The notes beneath the pieces are model-generated. The model was not told where the DNA came from and did not search any database. It was given only the letters and a program-made list of their open reading frames with translations. This document shows, piece by piece, positions 5,968-14,544 of a stretch of 17,267 nt of DNA (the stretch's first letter is position 1; each line of letters begins with the position of its first letter). The stretch is from an uncultured Spirochaetales bacterium (GTDB taxonomy: Bacteria; Spirochaetota; Spirochaetia; SPDA01; CAZSGZ01), in assembly GCA_964606455.1 (NCBI GenBank), contig CAZSGZ010000004.1:23259-40525 (forward strand), read 5' to 3'. A program made the position numbers and the translations under genes.

Positions 5968-8900
5968 ATGAAAAAGTTGGGAATAGACGCGGGGTCGGCT
6001 TATCTCGGGGCCGTCCTTCTGAATGGAGAAAAAGTAGAAAAAACCGCGTATGTAAAACATAACGGGAACATTGTAGAGACGGTAAAAGGGATCATGACCT
6101 CTCCCGATTTCGCGGATTTTGAAACCGTCGGGTTGACGGGAAAACTCCCGGATCAGCATACCGTCGACAATATCCTTTGCTATGTCGAAGGCGCGAAGAA
6201 GCTGATGCCTGAATTACGCAATATCTTTATTGTCGGAGGAGAAACTTTTTCCTTAGTTCTCTTCAACGGCGACGGCAGCTACGTAGAGCACTCGGTCAAC
6301 CCTCCCTGCGCCTCCGGGACCGGGGCGTTTATCGAACAGCAGGCGGAACGGATTTCCTTAGATATCCGGGAACTTTCGGATGTAGCCGATTCTTTTTCGG
6401 GGAAAACTCCGGTAATTGCCACCCGGTGCGCGGTATTCGCGAAAACCGATATTATCCACGCCATGCAGGAGGGCTATTCGAAAGAGGCCGTTGCCGCGGG
6501 GCTCTGCGAAGGCATTTCCCGGAGTATTGCCGATAACCTGGTCAAAGGACGGGAGCTGTATTCCCCCGCCGGAGTCCTCGGCGGTGTTTCTTTAAATCCG
6601 AAGGTGGTCCGCTCCTTAGCGGAGATTCTCGATATCGAAATACGGGTCCCGAAACATTCCCACCTTGCCGGGGCCTTAGGGGCCGCCCTGTTAGGGACCG
6701 AAACACGCCTCGCGGGAGCTTCACAGGAAGCCGTGGACCTCTTTTTTGCCGGGGAAGCCTCGGCGGCCCGGGAGAAGCGTCCTCCCCTGCCCCGGCGGTC
6801 CGGAACAGCCGGCGGAGAAACGGACGATTTCATCTACAGGACGGAGGAGGGAGTGGAAATTATGCTTCCTCGACGGGGTATCGATACCTCCGCGGGAGTG
6901 TACATCGGCATCGACATCGGCTCGACCAGTACGAAGGCGGTCCTGATGTCGGCAAAGGATGAAATTGCCGGCGGTTTCTATACAAAAACCGGAGGCGCCC
7001 CGATTCACGCGGTAAAAACCTGCATACATGTCCTCCTGCGTACGCTGCAGCTCGATCCCGCCCTGCTTTTCGGGGTCGGGACCACCGGTTCCGGGAGAAA
7101 GCTGATTAAAGAACTTTTCGAAGCCGAATTGGCGGTCAACGAAATAACCGCACACGCCCGGGCGGCCTCCTTCCTTGTCCCCGATGCGGATACTATTATT
7201 GAAATCGGCGGCCAGGATTCAAAATTTACCAGATTGAAAGACGGAGAAGTATATTTCTCAAAAATGAACTACGTCTGCGCGGCGGGCACCGGCTCCTTTA
7301 TCGAAGAACAGGCAAAACGCCTCGGTGTAAGCCTCGACCAATTTTCCGATATGGCCTACGGTACGGAGGCGCCTTTTACCTCCGACCGCTGCACCGTATA
7401 CATGGAGCGGGACCTGCACGCCCTGTTAGGAGAAGGCTGGTCGGTCAACTCCCTCGCGGCGGCGGTCCTCCATTCCGTCCGTGACAATTACCTCGCGAAA
7501 GTAGTAGAACGGAGCCCCTTGGGGGAAAAAATTGTCTTTCAGGGTGCTACGGGACGAAACGCGGCCCTCGTCTCCTCATTCGAAGAGCAGCTCGGTAAAA
7601 GCATTCATGTCTCCCCGTACTGCCATCTTACCGGGGCAATCGGCGCGGCGCTGCTCTGCAAAAGCATGGAGACCCCGTCGCGCTCTTCTTTTGCCATCGA
7701 CACCGAATCGATTACCTTTACCGAAGAAACATGCGACCGCTGCGCCAACAGGTGCCTGCTTACAACGGCTGAAAAAAACGGAACGGTAACCGGATGGGGA
7801 ATGAAATGCGGCAAAGAATATTCCGACCGGGGACCGGTGAAGGCGGGGGGGGACATTATCTCCCAACGGTTCAAGGCGGTAATGAAGCCGCTGGCGGACC
7901 CCGGCGGGAACGGCGGCAGGCAGCAGCGGACATCCGCGCCGGTAATCGCGGTCCCCGAAGTACTGTATAATGCAATCTACGCGCCCATGTGGCGCTCCTT
8001 TCTCGCTTCCCTGGGATTTTCCATACAGCCCCCTTCCGTCGGCCGTTCCGCCCTGAGTGAAGGGAAACGGATTGTCAATTCCGATTTCTGCGCCCCGATT
8101 ATCCATGCCCACGGCGCGTTTTCGGAATGCTTGAAACAGGGCGCTGATTTTATCTTTTTCCCCTCGATGGTCAACGAAAACAATCCCGGGCAGGAGGAAC
8201 ACCGGTTCAAGAAAAAAACGACCGACGCCTTTTTCTGTTACTATTCCCAGTACCTGCCGTCCATCATGTCGAAACTGACCGCCGTCGACGTGGAGTCCCG
8301 TCTCATTTCACCTCTCATCCTGTTCAACTCCCAGTCGGAGGAGGAAATTATCGGGTCCCTCCACACCGCCCTGCTGGAACAGTTCCCCGGTGTAGGCCTC
8401 GAACAGGTCCGCGAAGCATTTACCGAAAGTTTCGGCCGATTCTCCGCGGCAAAAGCGGACTGGGCGGGATACTACGGCGAAACGACGGACCCGGGACGGA
8501 TTGAAATTGCCTTGGCCGGACGGCCCTATATCGCAATGAACCGGGGACTGCACCTCGATATTCCCGCAAAACTGGAAGCTTTGGGAACAAAGGTATACTG
8601 GCAGGATGAATTCGATCTCTCGGGCTTTGAACCTGCCTATGGTGCCAAGTATCTGGAACGGATGCATTGGCAGTTCGGGAAGCAGATAATAAAACTCGCG
8701 GAATATGCGGCCGCACAACCGAACCTCTTTATCGTTTTCATTACCAGCTTCCGCTGCAGTCCCGATTCGTTTATCATCAGCTATCTGCAGGACATTATGG
8801 AGCACTATGGAAAGCCCTTCCTCATTTTGCAGGTGGACGAACACAGTTCCAGTGTCGGGTACGAAACCAGGATCGAAGCCGGCGTGACCTCCTTTAAAAC

Positions 8901-10125
8901 GTTCTTTGAAAAAGAGAATGCCCGCACCCCGGAGATACCCGAAGCGCCTACAAAGGCCAGGGACGATACACTCGAACCGGGGGACACCGTTTTTATCCCC
9001 TACTTGGACGACTGCATTTCCCATTTCTGGGCGGGCTGTTTTCAAAACGCGGGATACAAAACGGTCCTTCTCGAAAGCAGGGAGTCGGACCTTCTTACGG
9101 GCTACAAATACACCAACGGCGGGGAATGCATGCCCCTGACCTCCCTCATCGGCGGGGTCATTGAACGGCTGCGGAACATGGACACTCCTCCGGAAAAAAC
9201 CTTTTTCTACATGCCCACGGTGTGCATGGCCTGCAACTTCCCCCAGTATCCCATCTTAGCGGACCTCTCTTTCCAGCGGGCGGGACTGGAAAAAGCGAAA
9301 ATCGGTCTTATCAACAATATGTCCCCGGGTGAAATTCTGCCCCAGAGCCTTTCCATTAAAATGCTTGAATCGAATATCATCGGCGGTATTTTATACAAGC
9401 TCTATTACCGCATTCACCCCTACGAAACCGAACAGGGACGCACCGCGGCAGTGTTTCAGGCGGCCAAGGAGCGGATCAGCAGCGCGATTATTGACGGAAC
9501 GGACCTCCGGAGCGAACTTGCCCGGAGTATCGATGAATTCCGCGCCGTTCCCCGGGACGAAACGAAGGGTAGAAAACCGCGGATCGGCCTCTTAGGTGAT
9601 TTGTACGTCAAGTTCAACACCCTGATAAACCAGAACATTCAGGAAGTGATAGACAGACTCGGGGGAGAGCTTGTGGTCCCTTCCCTTACCGAATATCCAT
9701 TCCACTTTTACGATGCCGATGTCCGCCTGTACGGCGACAATCCCCGTCATTTCAAGCTGCTGAAAACCATCGAGCAGCGGTACGAAAAAGCGGCGGAAGA
9801 CCTTATCGGAGAGCAGATGGAGCCTGATTTCGCCGAGTGCGTGAAGCTGATGGAGGAGTATAAAATCCGTCATTACATAGCCGGGGAAACATCCATCAAC
9901 ATCGGCAGGGCTTTATATTACATCCGGCATCGGTTAGTGGACGCCATCGTACATATCAACCCTATCTTCTGCTGCCCCGGCGTCGTAACCTCGTCGATTT
10001 ACCGGAAAATGCAGGAAGATTTCGGGGTGCCGATTATCGACATTTTCTACGACGGAACGGGGAAACCGAATGACGTACTGATTCCCCATCTCCATTATCT
10101 GCGTGAGAAACTACTCGCGGATTAG
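5968..10125 (+). CDS. Giant fusion protein of two tandem HgdC/BadF/BcrA-type activase ATPase domains (acetate/sugar-kinase fold) plus a C-terminal 2-hydroxyacyl-CoA-dehydratase-like (HgdA/B-type) module. It belongs to the 'CoA-substrate-specific enzyme activase' megaprotein family.
   Basis: This is a 1385-aa uninterrupted ORF. ATPase domain 1 begins MKKLGIDAGSAYLGAVL..., with the cluster-helix cysteines in NPPCASGTGAFIEQQ and ATRCAVFAKTD and C-terminal HLAGALGAALLG. ATPase domain 2 begins YIGIDIGSTSTKAVL..., with NYVCAAGTGSFIEEQ and SDRCTVYMERD and ...HLTGAIGAALL. A Cys-rich linker ETCDRCANRCLL...MKCGKEYSD follows. The remaining ~800 aa is a dehydratase-component-like region ending ...NPIFCCPGVVTSS. 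Confidence 0.85.
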   Translation: MKKLGIDAGSAYLGAVLLNGEKVEKTAYVKHNGNIVETVKGIMTSPDFADFETVGLTGKLPDQHTVDNILCYVEGAKKLMPELRNIFIVGGETFSLVLFNGDGSYVEHSVNPPCASGTGAFIEQQAERISLDIRELSDVADSFSGKTPVIATRCAVFAKTDIIHAMQEGYSKEAVAAGLCEGISRSIADNLVKGRELYSPAGVLGGVSLNPKVVRSLAEILDIEIRVPKHSHLAGALGAALLGTETRLAGASQEAVDLFFAGEASAAREKRPPLPRRSGTAGGETDDFIYRTEEGVEIMLPRRGIDTSAGVYIGIDIGSTSTKAVLMSAKDEIAGGFYTKTGGAPIHAVKTCIHVLLRTLQLDPALLFGVGTTGSGRKLIKELFEAELAVNEITAHARAASFLVPDADTIIEIGGQDSKFTRLKDGEVYFSKMNYVCAAGTGSFIEEQAKRLGVSLDQFSDMAYGTEAPFTSDRCTVYMERDLHALLGEGWSVNSLAAAVLHSVRDNYLAKVVERSPLGEKIVFQGATGRNAALVSSFEEQLGKSIHVSPYCHLTGAIGAALLCKSMETPSRSSFAIDTESITFTEETCDRCANRCLLTTAEKNGTVTGWGMKCGKEYSDRGPVKAGGDIISQRFKAVMKPLADPGGNGGRQQRTSAPVIAVPEVLYNAIYAPMWRSFLASLGFSIQPPSVGRSALSEGKRIVNSDFCAPIIHAHGAFSECLKQGADFIFFPSMVNENNPGQEEHRFKKKTTDAFFCYYSQYLPSIMSKLTAVDVESRLISPLILFNSQSEEEIIGSLHTALLEQFPGVGLEQVREAFTESFGRFSAAKADWAGYYGETTDPGRIEIALAGRPYIAMNRGLHLDIPAKLEALGTKVYWQDEFDLSGFEPAYGAKYLERMHWQFGKQIIKLAEYAAAQPNLFIVFITSFRCSPDSFIISYLQDIMEHYGKPFLILQVDEHSSSVGYETRIEAGVTSFKTFFEKENARTPEIPEAPTKARDDTLEPGDTVFIPYLDDCISHFWAGCFQNAGYKTVLLESRESDLLTGYKYTNGGECMPLTSLIGGVIERLRNMDTPPEKTFFYMPTVCMACNFPQYPILADLSFQRAGLEKAKIGLINNMSPGEILPQSLSIKMLESNIIGGILYKLYYRIHPYETEQGRTAAVFQAAKERISSAIIDGTDLRSELARSIDEFRAVPRDETKGRKPRIGLLGDLYVKFNTLINQNIQEVIDRLGGELVVPSLTEYPFHFYDADVRLYGDNPRHFKLLKTIEQRYEKAAEDLIGEQMEPDFAECVKLMEEYKIRHYIAGETSINIGRALYYIRHRLVDAIVHINPIFCCPGVVTSSIYRKMQEDFGVPIIDIFYDGTGKPNDVLIPHLHYLREKLLAD
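7846..7853 (+). repeat. G8 homopolymer inside the activase coding sequence
   Basis: aaggcGGGGGGGGacatt, encoding K-A-G-G-D. See also C8 at 5161-5168 and T8 at 5146-5153 inside the Mo-enzyme gene. Confidence 0.5.
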
Positions 10126-12117
10126 CTGCTTGATGATGTAGAGTTCGATATAGCGCCAGAAGTCCTCTTTTCTCTTGATGCCGCTGAAAATCGGCTGCTC
10201 CGCCAGGCGGATTGCAATACGCTGCAGCTGTTCGCTGTCGGGAGGCGAGGCAATGAGTGTGCTCTTGAACCGGCGCAGATAATCCCGGATCGCCGAATTG
10301 ACGTCCTCCACCAGGTTTTCCCGGGCCCGCGGATCGAGAAGGGTGTTCCATTTTTCTATCAGCCCCTCCAGGGTCCTCTCCACCGACTGGGAACTTCCGA
10401 CATACTCCTCCCGCAGTTTCCCGATATGTTCACGAAACTGCACCAATTTTGCCTTCGAGCTCTGACCGGAAGCGCCCCGCGGCGCGGCGCCGGAAGGAGA
10501 CGCGCCGCGTACAGGCGCCGGACCGGCAGCCGCCGGCACTCTGCCGGACTTGCGGGCCTTCTTCTTTTTCTTCTTCTTTTTGTCCTTTTTTGAACTCGTT
10601 ACCAGGCGCTTGAGAAACAGCACGATCGCGCTCAATACCGGCGTGGTCATCCAAACCGGCAGTCTGCCTTTCACGTCCTCCAGCATCTCCTCCCGTTCCA
10701 ATTTCAGTATTTCCGGCAGAGGCCGCAGGGCGCGCTCCTTTGCGTCAATCATGTTTTCTATTTCATTTTTTATGTGCCCCGGAACGTCCGCCTCTTCGGC
10801 GAGAAGGTAGAGAAGCTCAAACCGGAGCATTGCCCACAGCAGCGGATCGCCTTTTTTCACCCTGTCGGCAATATCAATTTCATACTTCTCGTCGCTCTTC
10901 ATTTCGGGCAATTTTTTGAAATCCCGGAAGGCGCCCATCCATTCCCCTAAAAGCGCGTTCCGGACTTCGGTCCGCATGCTGTCCAGTTTCCGCAGGACGA
11001 GGATAAGAAGAGTGTCCTTGTTGATGAAAAATTCGTTGTTCTTTTCCGTTTTTATTCGTATAAGCTCCGGAAAGGAATTCTTGTCCTCCGACTTCGACCG
11101 CTTTTCCAAAAAAGCATGGATTTTCTCCTTGCCGACTTTCTTCACGAAGGAAACGCCCTTCGCCCCCGTTAAATTGTAAATTTCCTGAAGGGAAAAGAAA
11201 TAGGGCGATTTCTTCAGCGCCTGCTCGAGCTGCTTCATACTCGATTCGGTTTCTTTTTTTTTCTGCTCCACCCCTTTGTTCCGTACATTGTAAAACCCGA
11301 TTAAGTAGGTGGCCTGACACAGGCTGATTTCGCTTGCCAGCTTGCTCGCTTTCTGTTTTATATCGTGAATAAGGATATTTCCCAGGGTGGTCCAGGCCCG
11401 GAAGGTGAACTCCGTTGGTTTGAGGATAGTTTCCACGGTTTTATTCGGCTTACTGACAATATCTTCTAAAAAAGGCTGAACGGACACCTCCTGGTTCGTG
11501 AGAATACCGGCAAGCTTGTGGTAGATGTAATTAAAATTGCTCTGGTCGTGGAGATACGTCCGGATTTTCTGCAGCGACAGCTCCAAAAGAGAATTGAAAA
11601 AGGCCCCCGAAGAAAGGAGCATGTTCTTGAATCCCTCGGGAAATTCCAGACGGATAACAATGGGTTTCGACATTTCTTCATAGCCGATCCATTCCACGAA
11701 GTCGTTTTTCACATTCACCACCTGTGTCATGCTGTCCGGAAGGGTATTGGAAAAGGTGTCGGTGGTGGGGAACGGGATGGTCGGGTCCTTTTCTATGTCC
11801 CGGTAAATGAGGTCCAGCGCCTCCAGAAGATATGCCGGATACTGTACAGCCACAATGCTGACGTCCTCATAATCGAGAAGACAGATCCCCCGGGAAGCGA
11901 GATCTTCCAGATCTGCCGTTAAAACCGTTTTTGTATTGCTGGAATACATGTTAAGGTCGGGTATGCTCGATACTTTTTTATCGGCATATCGTTTTACAAA
12001 AACCTGAAACGAATCGAAATTGATAATCGGATTTTTCGTTTTTTCGGCAAATGCCTTCAGCAGTTTGTGTGTTATCTTCGGATTTGACATACCATGTAAT
12101 AGTAGTCGCCGGGACAC
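10111..12117 (-). CDS. Large hypothetical protein, no recognisable domain, with one hydrophobic helix followed by a poly-lysine tract (KKDKKKKKKKKARK) and a Pro/Ala/Gly-rich segment. It is the last gene of the WD40-kinase operon.
   Basis: The ORF is 668 aa from the GTG at 12117, or 659 aa if the first ATG at 12090 is used. Neither start has an SD, so the start is uncertain. It begins 6 nt after the kinase stop. It contains ...RLPVWMTTPVLSAIVLFLKRLVTSSKKDKKKKKKKKARKSGRVPAAAGPAPVRGASPSGAAPRGASGQSS... Its TAG overlaps the 3' end of the convergent activase gene by 15 bp. Confidence 0.7.
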   Translation of the reverse strand: MSRRLLLHGMSNPKITHKLLKAFAEKTKNPIINFDSFQVFVKRYADKKVSSIPDLNMYSSNTKTVLTADLEDLASRGICLLDYEDVSIVAVQYPAYLLEALDLIYRDIEKDPTIPFPTTDTFSNTLPDSMTQVVNVKNDFVEWIGYEEMSKPIVIRLEFPEGFKNMLLSSGAFFNSLLELSLQKIRTYLHDQSNFNYIYHKLAGILTNQEVSVQPFLEDIVSKPNKTVETILKPTEFTFRAWTTLGNILIHDIKQKASKLASEISLCQATYLIGFYNVRNKGVEQKKKETESSMKQLEQALKKSPYFFSLQEIYNLTGAKGVSFVKKVGKEKIHAFLEKRSKSEDKNSFPELIRIKTEKNNEFFINKDTLLILVLRKLDSMRTEVRNALLGEWMGAFRDFKKLPEMKSDEKYEIDIADRVKKGDPLLWAMLRFELLYLLAEEADVPGHIKNEIENMIDAKERALRPLPEILKLEREEMLEDVKGRLPVWMTTPVLSAIVLFLKRLVTSSKKDKKKKKKKKARKSGRVPAAAGPAPVRGASPSGAAPRGASGQSSKAKLVQFREHIGKLREEYVGSSQSVERTLEGLIEKWNTLLDPRARENLVEDVNSAIRDYLRRFKSTLIASPPDSEQLQRIAIRLAEQPIFSGIKRKEDFWRYIELYIIKQLIRE
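10556..10591 (-). repeat. Polypyrimidine (plus strand) / AAG-AAA codon tract encoding the poly-Lys run
   Basis: cttctttttcttcttctttttgtccttttttg on the plus strand. It gives a low-complexity K-run in the 668-aa protein. Confidence 0.6.
11254..11262 (-). repeat. A9/T9 homopolymer inside the 668-aa ORF (encodes KKK in ...EQKKKETESS...)
   Basis: ggtttcTTTTTTTTTctgctcc on the plus strand, A9 on the coding strand. This tract length is in the range prone to slipped-strand mispairing. Confidence 0.5.
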
Positions 12118-12123
12118 CCAATG

Positions 12124-12996
12124 TCAATCGACGATTTCATACGTGCTGACGGTAACCGGCGCCCGCAGGTTGTTCAGAACACGTTCGAGCAGGACGCCCT
12201 CCTTTTTCGAAAAGGAGTAGCCGAAACTCGCGCGGATCGCCATGGAAACAAACTGCACCGCCCTGTCCAAAGCAATCGGCAGACTGTCCCCCTGCAGAAT
12301 ACTGCCGACGATAACGGAAGTAAAAATATCTCCCGTCCCGGGGTAGTAGGCGGGAACATAACTGCAGTTTATTCTCCAAAACCGTCCGTCTCCTCTGTTG
12401 TACGCGAGGACCGAGGTTGTCTCTTTGTGCCCCCCGAGGGGAACGCTGGTAATAATTACCGTTTCCGGACCCATGCCGGCAAGGGCGGAAATCCAGATCT
12501 TTATTTCTTCAAGTTCGATAGATTCCGAATAGGGTTTTCCCAGCAGAAAAGCGGCTTCGGTAAAGTTCGGCGTAATGATATTCGCTTGTTGTATGAGTCT
12601 TTGCATCCCCGCTACCATCTCGGGACTCACAATTCCGTATACTTTCCCGTCATCACCGAGGACCGGGTCCACCACAACATACTGTCCGGGCTGTGAAAAA
12701 AGACGGATAAAATCCTCGACCTTGCTAATCTGCCGGGGGGAGCCGAGGAACCCCGTGTATACTGCTTCAAAACCGATCTCCAGCTCTTTCCAGTGCTCCA
12801 TAAATGGTCCCATCGAATCGGTAACATCGATTTTCCGGTATCCCTGAAAGCCGCCGTGGGTGCTTAAAACAGCCGTGGGAAAGGGGCATACTTGGCAGCC
12901 CATGGTGGAAAGGACGGGGATAACCGCCATAAGAGAAGCACGTCCGTAACCGGCCAGGGCATGAACGGCGGCAACCCGGGGTACGGGATTCATCAT
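12124..12996 (-). CDS. Pyridoxal/pyridoxine/pyridoxamine kinase of the PdxK/PdxY family (ribokinase-like superfamily)
   Basis: The 290-aa ORF has a GGAGGA SD 5 nt upstream, and its ATG overlaps the WD40 stop (ATGATGA). The N-terminus RVAAVHALAGYGRASLMAVIPVLSTMGCQVCPFPTAVLS parallels PdxY ([24 protein letters not shown]...). The conserved GTGD motif is present (YYPGTGDIFTS). Confidence 0.8.
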   Translation of the reverse strand: MMNPVPRVAAVHALAGYGRASLMAVIPVLSTMGCQVCPFPTAVLSTHGGFQGYRKIDVTDSMGPFMEHWKELEIGFEAVYTGFLGSPRQISKVEDFIRLFSQPGQYVVVDPVLGDDGKVYGIVSPEMVAGMQRLIQQANIITPNFTEAAFLLGKPYSESIELEEIKIWISALAGMGPETVIITSVPLGGHKETTSVLAYNRGDGRFWRINCSYVPAYYPGTGDIFTSVIVGSILQGDSLPIALDRAVQFVSMAIRASFGYSFSKKEGVLLERVLNNLRAPVTVSTYEIVD

Positions 12997-14525
12997 TTTT
13001 CCTCCGGCGCCGCGGTGAATGTCCGCAGGAGCTCTCCCCGGGTGTTCCAGAGTTTGACCGTGCCGTCTTCACCGGCGGAAAGGAAGATTCCCTCTCTCCC
13101 GGAATTATCCAGGGAATAGACATAGCCGTCCCCCCCCTGCAGCATACGCTCTTCGGTGTAGGTCTCGGTACTCCAGAACCTAATGGTCCCGTCATCGGAG
13201 GCGGAAATGAGATACGAGCCGTCCTTGGTAAAAACAAGGGAGCGGACATAATCGGTATGGCCGTATAACGTCGTTTCAAGCCTGACTTCCGGCATATTCC
13301 ATATCCGGATTGTGCCGTCGTCGCTCGCGGTGGCCAAAACGGCGTCGTCGGGGCTGAAGACCACCGATCGGACATAATCGCTGTGACCTTCGAGAAGGGC
13401 AAACAATTCTCCCGTTGCAAAGTCCCACACCCGTGTAATCCCGTCGCTTCCGCCGGCGGCAATGAAGGTATTTTCATGATTCAGAGCCACCGTCAGCACC
13501 ATTACCCCTTCATCGGACTCCTCCGGTTCCTCATACGCGGATTGTTCATACTCTTCGACGGCAGGTCCGCCGCGGAAGGTATATACGGCCTCGCCCGATT
13601 CTCGATCGTACACGACAACCGCCGCGTCGTTGCCGGCGGAAACAATGTATTTTCCACCCTCTCCCGCCGCCGCCGCCGCGAAGACGTAGCTTTCGTGAAT
13701 TTGGTGCCCCGCCGCGACAGTCCCGGCCTGCCAGTCCCATACCTTTACAGTCCCGTCGTCGCCTCCGGTAATGAGGTAGTTCCCGTCGGGAGTAAACGCA
13801 ACGGTCCTGACATAGTCGTCATGGGCCTTGAACTGCCGTTCTTTCCGGTTGTTCTCGAGATCGTAAATAATGACCGTTAGATCGTCGCTCCCCGACGCAA
13901 GATATCTGCCGTCGGGACTGAAGGCCACGGACCGGACATAATCGCTGTGGCCGGTATAAACCCGCAGCTTTTTCCGCTGTCCGGGGTCCCACAGCACCAC
14001 CGTTCCGTCGTCGCTCCCCGACGCAAGATATCTGCCGTCGGGACTGAAGGCCACGGACCGGACATAATCGGTATGCCCGCTTAGTTCGGCGAGGAGTGTT
14101 CCGTCTTCACTGTCCCACAGCAGGACCAGGCTGTCATCGCTGCCGGAGGCAAGTATCGAACCGTCGGGGGAAAACGTTACGGACCGGACGTAATCGGTAT
14201 GCCCCCTCAGTTCACGGATTTTTTCCCCCGTTTCTCCGTCCCACAGAACGACAGCTCCATCCGCTCCGCCGCTTGCCAGTTTCTTCCCCTCCGGGCTGTA
14301 ATCGACACCGAGAACATAGTCATCGTGGGCTTCGATCCGGGAAAGGGCGGAACCTTTCTCCAAATCCCATATGATAATAGTCCCGTCATCGCTGCAAGAG
14401 GCAGCACGCCGGCCCTCCGGATGGACCGCGATACCGTTAACCGCGCCGGTGTGACCCTCATCGGCAAACAGGCCCGCCGACGACGATAGGTACAGTAACG
14501 CGGCAATGATGGCTGTTTTTTTCAT
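12993..14525 (-). CDS. Secreted or periplasmic WD40 beta-propeller protein with an N-terminal signal peptide and ~11-12 WD40 blades (probably two propellers). It carries no other domain.
   Basis: The true start is the ATG at 14525 (MKKTAIIAALLYLSSSAGLFADEGH...), with an AGGA SD 8 nt upstream. The longer ORF-track version to 14669 merely runs to the previous stop through the promoter region. Repeats of the form GHTDYVRSVAFSPDGRYLASGSDDGTVVLWD recur 11-12 times. An acidic insert (EEYEQSAYEEPEESDEG) sits between blades 7 and 8. Confidence 0.85.
   Translation of the reverse strand: MKKTAIIAALLYLSSSAGLFADEGHTGAVNGIAVHPEGRRAASCSDDGTIIIWDLEKGSALSRIEAHDDYVLGVDYSPEGKKLASGGADGAVVLWDGETGEKIRELRGHTDYVRSVTFSPDGSILASGSDDSLVLLWDSEDGTLLAELSGHTDYVRSVAFSPDGRYLASGSDDGTVVLWDPGQRKKLRVYTGHSDYVRSVAFSPDGRYLASGSDDLTVIIYDLENNRKERQFKAHDDYVRTVAFTPDGNYLITGGDDGTVKVWDWQAGTVAAGHQIHESYVFAAAAAGEGGKYIVSAGNDAAVVVYDRESGEAVYTFRGGPAVEEYEQSAYEEPEESDEGVMVLTVALNHENTFIAAGGSDGITRVWDFATGELFALLEGHSDYVRSVVFSPDDAVLATASDDGTIRIWNMPEVRLETTLYGHTDYVRSLVFTKDGSYLISASDDGTIRFWSTETYTEERMLQGGDGYVYSLDNSGREGIFLSAGEDGTVKLWNTRGELLRTFTAAPEEK
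13882..13944. repeat. Copy 1 of a 63-bp perfect direct repeat inside the WD40 gene (copy 2 at 14008-14070)
   Basis: tcgtcgctccccgacgcaagatatctgccgtcgggactgaaggccacggaccggacataatcg appears identically at 13882-13944 and 14008-14070. The 126-bp offset equals one WD40 blade of 42 codons. A third, degenerate copy lies near 14175-14200. Confidence 0.85.
14008..14070. repeat. Copy 2 of the 63-bp perfect direct repeat inside the WD40 gene
   Basis: 63/63 identity with 13882-13944. It encodes YVRSVAFSPDGRYLASGSDD in both blades. Confidence 0.85.
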
Positions 14526-14544
14526 ACTGTTATCCTTACTGTAC

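Noticed and set aside
6279-9873. Multiple minus-strand ORFs (e.g. 6721-7155, 7576-8202, 8308-9045, 9592-9873) antisense to the activase gene
   Set aside because: These are spurious antisense or alternative-frame ORFs inside a continuous 1385-aa CDS with clear domain structure.
10556-10591. Possible microsatellite or phase-variable simple sequence repeat in the poly-Lys coding tract
   Set aside because: The tract is an imperfect AAG/AAA mixture with no pure homopolymer or perfect di-/tri-nucleotide repeat longer than 3 units. It is more likely a compositional low-complexity segment than a contingency locus.
10111-12117. Lower-GC, Lys/Glu/Ile/Asn-rich composition of the 668-aa gene as a sign of horizontal acquisition
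   Set aside because: The gene is translationally embedded in an operon with normal-composition genes. The compositional difference can be explained by its charged, low-complexity protein sequence. Without genome-wide codon statistics, HGT cannot be supported.
12121-13880. ORFs 12121-12696 (+), 12767-13477 (-) and 13383-13880 (+), overlapping the kinase and WD40 genes
   Set aside because: They overlap strongly supported CDSs in other frames or strands. Their composition is low-complexity and there are no start signals.
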